Shown here piece after piece: positions 9,657 through 16,100 of a stretch of 24,000 nucleotides of DNA. The notes under the pieces are model-generated. The model saw only the letters and a list, made by a program, of their open reading frames with translations. It did not search any database and was not told where the DNA came from. Every line of letters begins with the position of its first letter. Position 1 is the first letter of the stretch. The position numbers and the translations under genes are program-made. The stretch is from an uncultured Candidatus Saccharibacteria bacterium (GTDB taxonomy: Bacteria; Patescibacteriota; Dojkabacteria; SC72), in the NCBI GenBank assembly GCA_964423025.1, contig CAYRDH010000007.1, positions 1 to 24,000 on the forward strand, in the 5' to 3' direction.

Positions 9657-9710
9657 AGTAAGTTTCGCTTCATTTCAGAAGCTCATCAGATTTGTAACAA
9701 ATGACTTACT
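9657..9710 (-). ncRNA. type III hammerhead ribozyme, copy 1
   Basis: Minus strand: AGUAAGU C | AUUUG-UUA-CAAAU CUGAUGA GCUUC-UGAAAU-GAAGC GAA ACUUACU. Stem III 7 bp, stem I 5 bp, stem II 5 bp, all core positions and a GUC cleavage triplet; predicted cleavage between 9703 and 9702. Confidence 0.93.
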
Positions 9711-9774
9711 AGTTAGAGGAGGAATATATTGTTGAGATGTACATTTACATGTACCAATATATCCTCCTCTAACT
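9711..9774. repeat. long hairpin abutting hammerhead copy 1
   Basis: AGTTAGAGGAGG (9711-9722) pairs with CCTCCTCTAACT (9763-9774), extended by ATATATTG/CAATATAT after a one-nt bulge and an inner GTACAT/ATGTAC. Confidence 0.93.
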
Positions 9775-9782
9775 TTTTAGGT

Positions 9783-9968
9783 TTATCTGCCCCAGATTCT
9801 TTTGTATGCATCGAAAAAAATAAATGAGACACCAATTATGACAATAATTGTTATTATGACATAGCTTGGTCCCAAACTAACTGCGTAGTGCATGCTATTC
9901 ACCATAGAATATATGGCGACCATTACAAGGAGTGTAACGGGTATGGAAAGGAGAATTTTTCTCTTCAT
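9783..9968 (-). CDS. 61-aa two-TM membrane protein encoded between the two hammerhead ribozymes, hypothetical
   Basis: ORF with SD AGGAGGT (9973-9979) five nt upstream of ATG; two hydrophobic segments. Stop codon is 8 nt from the hairpin. Confidence 0.75.
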   Translation of the reverse strand: MKRKILLSIPVTLLVMVAIYSMVNSMHYAVSLGPSYVIITIIVIIGVSFIFFDAYKRIWGR

Positions 9969-10061
9969 TTTTACCTCCTGGGTAGAATGAGTTTTAATGA
10001 GCAGATATTATTTATCCTTAAATAGAAAAAGATCATATTAATAGGATATTAACCTATATAC

Positions 10062-10070
10062 ATTATATCA
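10062..10070 (-). promoter_or_regulatory. extended -10 promoter-like element (TGATATAAT)
   Basis: + strand ATTATATCA; conserved counterpart of 9604-9612. Confidence 0.55.
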
Positions 10071-10113
10071 AAATATCAACCTATAGTATAGCAATGCTGA
10101 TTCCTGTCTTTGG

Positions 10114-10167
10114 GGTAAGTTTCGCTTCATTTCAGAAGCTCATCAGATTTGTAACAAATGACTTACT
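10114..10167 (-). ncRNA. type III hammerhead ribozyme, copy 2
   Basis: Same sequence as copy 1 except the outermost stem III position (ACUUACC, leaving 6 bp); predicted cleavage between 10160 and 10159. Confidence 0.93.
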
Positions 10168-10226
10168 AGTTAGGGGAGAGATTGTTTTTGTTATTGTACC
10201 TATATGTACCAATTTCTCCCCTAACT
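10168..10226. repeat. long hairpin abutting hammerhead copy 2
   Basis: AGTTAGGGGAGA (10168-10179) pairs with TCTCCCCTAACT (10215-10226), continued by GATTG/CAATT (one G-U) and inner GTAC/GTAC. Arms differ from copy 1 with pairing maintained. Confidence 0.93.
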
Positions 10227-10299
10227 TTTCTTCTCCAAGGTAAGGTTTGCTAAGACACTTAGCTAAGAGAATTATGCAGGGTTCTTTGTTTGGGCTTAG

Positions 10300-10749
10300 T
10301 TATTTTTGCTCAATGAGCTTGTCGATTTTTCTTTCCAACGATTGAAGCTTGTATTTGAGGTCATCCTCTGACATCTTTCGTTCAAGCATAGAGACTTTAA
10401 ACTCTGACTTTGACAGGATGTCGTTAACGTAATTGGATGACTGTCGGAAGCGAATCTGCCAGAGGTCTCTTTGTATATGACGAAAGTCGTCATCATGTCT
10501 ACGAGCGAAGGTTATCCAATAAGTGTACCAAGCAATAAAGATGTATCCAGCGACTGCGAAAGCAATGCGGATAGCTGACTGCTTTTCTATTCCTGAAAGT
10601 AAAAGCTCAGAGAATTGGTACAACATGAGTATAGCCCAAGCAACGTAGAGTAGTCCTAGAAACACCTCGGAAAGGGTTTCAAACAGTATTGTGTGTTCCG
10701 AGACAAAGTTTTTAATCTTGTCCCAAAGATTTTTAAAGAAGTTTTTCAT
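10300..10749 (-). CDS. small two-TM membrane protein with C-terminal coiled-coil-like region, hypothetical (start at MKNFFKNLW)
   Basis: SD GGAGGTG lies directly upstream of the internal ATG at 10749, so the ORF-track start at 10809 is probably too long. Confidence 0.8.
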   Translation of the reverse strand: MKNFFKNLWDKIKNFVSEHTILFETLSEVFLGLLYVAWAILMLYQFSELLLSGIEKQSAIRIAFAVAGYIFIAWYTYWITFARRHDDDFRHIQRDLWQIRFRQSSNYVNDILSKSEFKVSMLERKMSEDDLKYKLQSLERKIDKLIEQK

Positions 10750-10872
10750 TATTACACCTCCGTGAAGTGTTGTGGTGAGTTGATAAGCCAAGGCCAAAGA
10801 ACCATGCATTTTTTAAAGATCGTTTTCCTTGTTAAACAAGGTTTAAACAGGGTTATTATATAATAATTAGGA

Positions 10873-10897
10873 TTAAAAATAAACCCATAGAATGGGT
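10873..10897 (-). terminator. Rho-independent terminator (minus strand)
   Basis: Minus strand AACCCAT-TCT-ATGGGTT followed by TATTTTT. Confidence 0.7.
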
Positions 10898-10924
10898 TAT
10901 ATAGATTAATGGAGGTATGGGTGT

Positions 10925-11068
10925 TTATTCTGGCTTTGCTATCCAAGATGGATCAGATATTCCTTCTGTGAGGATATCTTGGGAAGTGTCTACAGGAAGT
11001 TCCTGCTTAGGTAGGAATACTGGAACAAAGAATGTATTTAATATTGTTATGATTGCTAGTATTAACAT
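10925..11068 (-). pseudogene. truncated duplicate of the N-terminal region of the large surface protein (13162..18342)
   Basis: 47-codon frame MLILAIITILNTFFVPVFLPKQELPVDTSQDILTEGISDPSWIAKPE*; DTSQDILTEGISDPSWIAKPE aligns with DISEDILEEGISDPEEIANPE of the 1726-aa protein. Confidence 0.65.
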
Positions 11069-11096
11069 AGGAGATTATACCATGGGGAAGGGGTTT

Positions 11097-13004
11097 TTAA
11101 AAGGTTTGCTCCTGCTCTTCATCTTTTCTTGTTAGTAGGGCTATGAAGATTATTAACAGGGGAATTATTATTACTAGAGATATCCAGAGCATACTGTTAT
11201 CTTTATCCTCAGTACTCTCTCCTTTTACGTCACCGCTTGTGTAATCTAAAGGATAGTTGTTGGTATTCATGTCTGTTTGTTCCATTAGCATAGGGTCGTT
11301 GTCCATTTCTAATATTTCATTCTCTTCTGGGACTTCATTTGTGGTCTCTTCCTCGGGCTTTTGAATAGGAGGAGGCTCCTCTGTGTTTTCTTCTGTAGTA
11401 GTATTTGTTTCTGTTTCTGTATTGTTTGTGGTTGTTGTAGTTGAGGTGTTGGCTCCGAGTACGGGTTCTTCTGTCTCCTGAGGAGGGGGTGGAGGTTCGG
11501 GGATAGTAAAGTTTGTGGATTTAACTTCTTCGTTTCCTGCGTTATCTGTGGCTCTTATGTAGAGGGTGTATGTCCCTGGTTCGTTATTTACAAGTGGATC
11601 TAAGGGTTCTCCTGGTAGATATGTAGTCCATTGTGTTAAAGAACCAATCCTCATTTCTGTGTTTTTAATGCCAGAGAGGTTGTCAGAGGTGGATACAGAC
11701 TGTAAAATTCTGTCCTCTGAGATATTTATACTCCCTATTACTGGTCTTGTGGCATCGTACATAATGTTTTCTACAAGGGGTGCTAATTCAAGATCTTCTG
11801 TGTTGTCTGCAAGGTCTTTGGATTGTGCTTTTATACAGTAGGTACCATCTTCTAGGGAATATTCGTAATGTGACCAATTAAAGGGTTCGGTTTCTTTGTC
11901 TAATATCTCTTTTGTTGTTAATTGAAGCCACTCCTCATTACAGATTTCTGTTTCTGTGTCATATGTTGTGTAATATATGGAGACTGTATCTAGGGTGTAA
12001 TTGTCTGTAGAGTAACCGCTAATATTTAATGGAGCTTTGCTTATATGGCCACTAGCAGGAGAAGTTATTGAGGTTGTTGGTGTTTCTGCGTCTATTGTTA
12101 GAGTACAGGATTCGGATGTCTCTCCCTTATTCCCTCCTCTATCTACAGCAGTGACTACAAAGTCATATGTGTTCTGGTCTGGGATTAGGTCCTCTTCTTG
12201 GATATCGTAGTAGAGGTTTTCAGAGGTTTTCTCCCAAGGGTCTTGTAGTTCTCCTTCTTCTAGGGGTGCTTCTGGATTAAGTTCTGTCTCTGTTGGTTTG
12301 AGTGTTATTAGGTAGTGGTCAACGATTGGAACGTATATGGTAGCGGGTATCGGGGGGACTTCGAGAGGTGGCTCTAGAGGATCCCAATTGTCATTTGACT
12401 TCTCCCAGTGAATCCTAATCTCAGAGTTGCCTGTGTAAGTGTTGCAGCCGAGCAAACTCTCTGGGTCAGAAGTGTATCCATTGTACACATTTACTCCCCT
12501 TACTTTCTCAGGAGGTTTGTTGTCTATAATAAACAGAGTTGTGTCGTATTGTCCTTCTGGTTTGGAGGGATTTCCTGCCTCATCTATTGCAACCACGGCA
12601 TACCAATATATCCCTTCCATAAGGTCTTCGTCATAGCCTGTTTCTGGGTGTCTTGTTGTTCCTACATATGTAAATGGTTCTTCTAATATAGGGATAAGGC
12701 CATAGTGGTATGGTATGTATAGGTAGGTCATATCCTCTGGCAGGGTTACGTTGTCTTCTGCTGGTTCCCATTCGACATAGAAGTTTTGGGAATTAAGAAC
12801 TGTTTCTGGTTCCCTAGGAGGGAATATGTGGGTTGGTACTGTTGGTGGTTGTGTGTCTATGATGGTTTCTGTTTCAGTGGGTGGTGTGGATGCTTCTTGT
12901 GCTAGTGTGTTAAAGGAGTTTAGGGAGAGGAGGTATATAAACGCAGAAAAAAAGGCTATTAAGAGTAGAATTCTAAGGTAATTGTTTCTACGTGACCTTA
13001 TCAT
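11097..13004 (-). CDS. large secreted/cell-surface protein with Ig/FN3-like repeats and C-terminal TM anchor
   Basis: 635 aa: N-terminal signal segment, repeated DNVTL/DxxGN/YCIKAQSKDLADN-type beta-sandwich motifs, Thr/Glu-rich stalk, C-terminal LWISLVIIIPLLIIFIALL-TRKDEEQEQTF. Confidence 0.88.
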   Translation of the reverse strand: MIRSRRNNYLRILLLIAFFSAFIYLLSLNSFNTLAQEASTPPTETETIIDTQPPTVPTHIFPPREPETVLNSQNFYVEWEPAEDNVTLPEDMTYLYIPYHYGLIPILEEPFTYVGTTRHPETGYDEDLMEGIYWYAVVAIDEAGNPSKPEGQYDTTLFIIDNKPPEKVRGVNVYNGYTSDPESLLGCNTYTGNSEIRIHWEKSNDNWDPLEPPLEVPPIPATIYVPIVDHYLITLKPTETELNPEAPLEEGELQDPWEKTSENLYYDIQEEDLIPDQNTYDFVVTAVDRGGNKGETSESCTLTIDAETPTTSITSPASGHISKAPLNISGYSTDNYTLDTVSIYYTTYDTETEICNEEWLQLTTKEILDKETEPFNWSHYEYSLEDGTYCIKAQSKDLADNTEDLELAPLVENIMYDATRPVIGSINISEDRILQSVSTSDNLSGIKNTEMRIGSLTQWTTYLPGEPLDPLVNNEPGTYTLYIRATDNAGNEEVKSTNFTIPEPPPPPQETEEPVLGANTSTTTTTNNTETETNTTTEENTEEPPPIQKPEEETTNEVPEENEILEMDNDPMLMEQTDMNTNNYPLDYTSGDVKGESTEDKDNSMLWISLVIIIPLLIIFIALLTRKDEEQEQTF

Positions 13005-13063
13005 TATATGGGCAGTAATTTATTGCTATTAAAACGATCTTAGGGGTATTTTAGCCCCATTAA

Positions 13064-13092
13064 AATATAACTTCTTTAGTATGTTGTGTCAA
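13064..13092 (-). promoter_or_regulatory. sigma70-like promoter for the 11097..13004 gene
   Basis: Minus strand TTGACA (13092-13087), 17-nt spacer, TATATT (13069-13064). Confidence 0.75.
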
Positions 13093-13112
13093 TTAAGTTT
13101 TACTTTATTTAA

Positions 13113-13141
13113 AGAAAAAGACAGGGTTAACCCCCTGTCTT
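13113..13141 (-). terminator. Rho-independent terminator of the 13162..18342 gene
   Basis: Minus strand AAGACAGGG...CCCTGTCTT (9-bp stem) followed by TTTCTTT. Confidence 0.85.
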
Positions 13142-13161
13142 CTCTTGGCAGTTTTTAGATA

Positions 13162-16100
13162 TTAGAACTGTGGTTCGTTATCCTCTTTTCTTCTTTTCCA
13201 GAGGATTAGGAAGATAGCTAGTATAGGGAGTATGACTAATGGATATATCCACCATTTAGTTTGTTCTCCTTCTGTAGTTTCTTCTTGATTAGTTGGTTGT
13301 TCATTATTATCTTCTTCACCTTTAACAGCAGTAGTATCTTCTGTTATTGTTTCTTCCTCAGGAGTTTGTTGTTCCTCAGTATCTAATAGATCTGTTTGAG
13401 AATAGAGGTAGCCACCTGTACCAAGGGGAGAGTTATATGTTCCAGTAGGGGGTTGTTTCGAAGAGGGTGTGGTACTGTCAGTCCCATCGGATATCCCATC
13501 TATACTTCTATTTTCCGTTGTTGCTCCTGCTACTGCACCTACTGTTATATCTACAGAGTCTGTTGATGTGTCTCCATCTGCATCTGTTACGGTTACTGTG
13601 CATGTATATGATCCTTCTGTTGTTGGATCAAATATTGTTTGTGCATCTGTTCCTGTACAATCTCCTGACCATAGGTATGTGAATGTTGGATTACCATTGG
13701 TTACTGTAGTAGAGAGTACGATTGGATCGTCTCCTGCTGTTACTTCTGTGTCTGTAGGATTTATTGTTATCGTCGGTGTATTGTTTTGTATTGTTACTAT
13801 GAAGGTTTGAACATCACTTTCATTTTCTGCTTTGTCTGTAGCGTAGTAGGAGATTTGATATACACCTTCCGGTAGCACAGAAAGATTTATTGTAGTAAAT
13901 GAAGATCCTTGCCAGTTTTCTATAGCTTTTCTTACTTCATCTGCTAGAGAGAATTCATTATTAATGCTCAGATTACTTGCGTCAATGGAAACACAATATT
14001 CAGTAGATGTTCCTAGAGTTCCTGAGGCATCTTTTATTGTTATACATACTTGATCTAATTCACCGTAGCTGTCTGTAAGTGTTACAGTGTCTGTTGGGAA
14101 TGATTCTCCTTCGGTTAAGGTCATATCTGAATGACTAGCAATTACAGGGAGGGTATTATCAACTGTTACTTCTATTTCCTCATGATGATAATTTCCTGCT
14201 AGATCTTTTCCTGCAGCTCTAAGAGTATATACACCATTAAGTTCACTTCCTGTACTTTCATCTGATAGTCGTGGATTTAATGAATCTAGAGTCCAATCAA
14301 AGCTTGTTCCATTGGTATCTATTTTGTGGTTTTGTTTATTAGCTTCTGCGTCTTGTATTGTCTGCTCATCGCTCCACCACCAGAAATTTATGTAGTCGCA
14401 ATCTCCAAGAGTACCATCACATGTTACATCTAAAGAAATGTTTCCTGATAATAAATCTAAGTCTTGTGGAGTATTCCAATTGATTGTAGGAGGTGTATTA
14501 TCAACGTCAATTTGATAAGTAGCATATTTTATGTTTTCAGAGTAATCTCTAATTGATGCTCGAATGGTATATGTTCCACTTTCAAGTTCAGATATATCTA
14601 TATCTGTAGCATTATGGCTAACATTAAGTGTTTCTGGTGTAATATCGTGAGCTAATCTTCCAATTTCAATAACTGCAGAACCAGTATTACTTTCATTATA
14701 GATGTTTGTAGCTACTGTTCTAGCACCTGACAAATTGTCTGTTCCAGATACTGTAAAACTTAGTTTTTTGTCAGTTATATTAACATTAGTAATTTTTACA
14801 GTAGGTTTTGTTTTATCTACTACAAAATGTAATCCTAATACATCTCTATATTGATTTATTATAGGTATATTCCATCTTGTAGTATTGTCATATACTTGAT
14901 GTGCCATATAGTATTCTCCATCCGGTAGAGACTCTATACATTTAGTAAAACTGATTTTTTCAGTAAGATCATATGTATTACCAGTTAGACCCTCTATCAA
15001 GTTTGGACTCTTTCTCCAACTGCAGTATGCTTGCTTGTCATTAGCACTGAATCTAAATGATCCGTCATCTTGTGCTTGGAAGATTACAAATGAGTCTTGG
15101 TATAATCCAGAAGAGGGAATAGTATCTGCATATTGAGCTGTAAAGGAAAGTTGGTTAATTCCTTTGACATAAGTAATCGGATTTGCTGTTTCGTCTATGG
15201 TAATTTCATTGTTATAGTGTGTGTATATAGCTGTTGGTGGGTTGGTATCTATGAATATGTCTTGAGATACAGTTTTTGTATTCCCCGCTTTGTCTGTCCC
15301 CACTATTTTTAAGGTATTTATTCCATCTTCAAGTGCTGGTAATTCTACTATCCAATATGTACCACCATCGTATTCTGCTGTTTGTTCATTTACAGTAACA
15401 GAGTTCATTCCTGATAACAAATCAGATGCTGATATTAATACTATTGGTGTATTATCGCTTGTATTTATATTTAGTGTATCTACAGGAACTGATGGATATC
15501 TGTAATCATAGTGTCTAAGGCCTTCAAAGGATACTGTTGGCTCTACTGTATCCATTGTAAAATATCTAATTGCTTCAGGGTTTACATTCCCATATCCAGC
15601 ATTATCGCCTGCATGAATACGAAGCATATATTTTGTACCATTCACCAAGTTTCCAGTATCTATAGTACATAAAATATCCGCATGTTTGTTTTCATTACTG
15701 TATGTCAGTGCTGTTGTTCCAGATTTACAACCAGACTTCCAAGTTCCCCCATCTTGTGTTCTTACATCAAAGAATACGGACCTTAAAGCTACATTATCAT
15801 CTGCAATTCCTTTTACATCAAAATCACCGTTTACATATGAATTATTGGCAGGTGCAGAAATTAGTTTTGCTGTTGGACCGTGAGTATCATAATAGATTAC
15901 AAAAGGTGCTGAGGGAGCAGAAACTCCATTTTTATTTACTGCTATTACCTGGTATGAGTATCTACCATTGCCGTGCGCTCCAAAGCCGTTATATGTTTTT
16001 AACCACGCGTTCGTATTAGGACCTTGATAACTTAATTTTGTTGTCCCATCTGGGAAAGTTCCCAAAATACGATAACCTGTTACTAGATCAATAGGATTAG

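Noticed and set aside
9657-9778. Reading the repeat on the + strand as a riboswitch-like three-way junction plus terminator
   Set aside because: The + strand folds similarly only because it is the complement. The minus strand has the exact hammerhead core (CUGAUGA, GAA, GUC), which fully explains the conserved nucleotides. The T-runs on the + strand are kept as a separate finding.
9703-10159. Integrated viroid, Obelisk or canonical retrozyme
   Set aside because: The unit carries its own bacterial-style promoter-like element and SD, lies among chromosomal genes, and lacks a primer-binding or reverse transcriptase signal. Only the geometric analogy is retained.
9657-10226. CRISPR-like array or insertion sequence
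   Set aside because: Only two copies spaced 457 nt apart, no regular spacers, no cas genes, no transposase, no target-site duplication evident.
10832-10850. CCTTGTTAAACAAGG palindrome upstream of the 10300..10749 gene as a further ribozyme copy
   Set aside because: No CUGAUGA or GAAA core nearby and no matching stem III; a simple hairpin only.
10917-11135. + strand ORF 10917..11135 with an SD-like GGAGG
   Set aside because: The opposite strand of this interval carries the fragment paralogous to the giant surface protein, which better explains the sequence.
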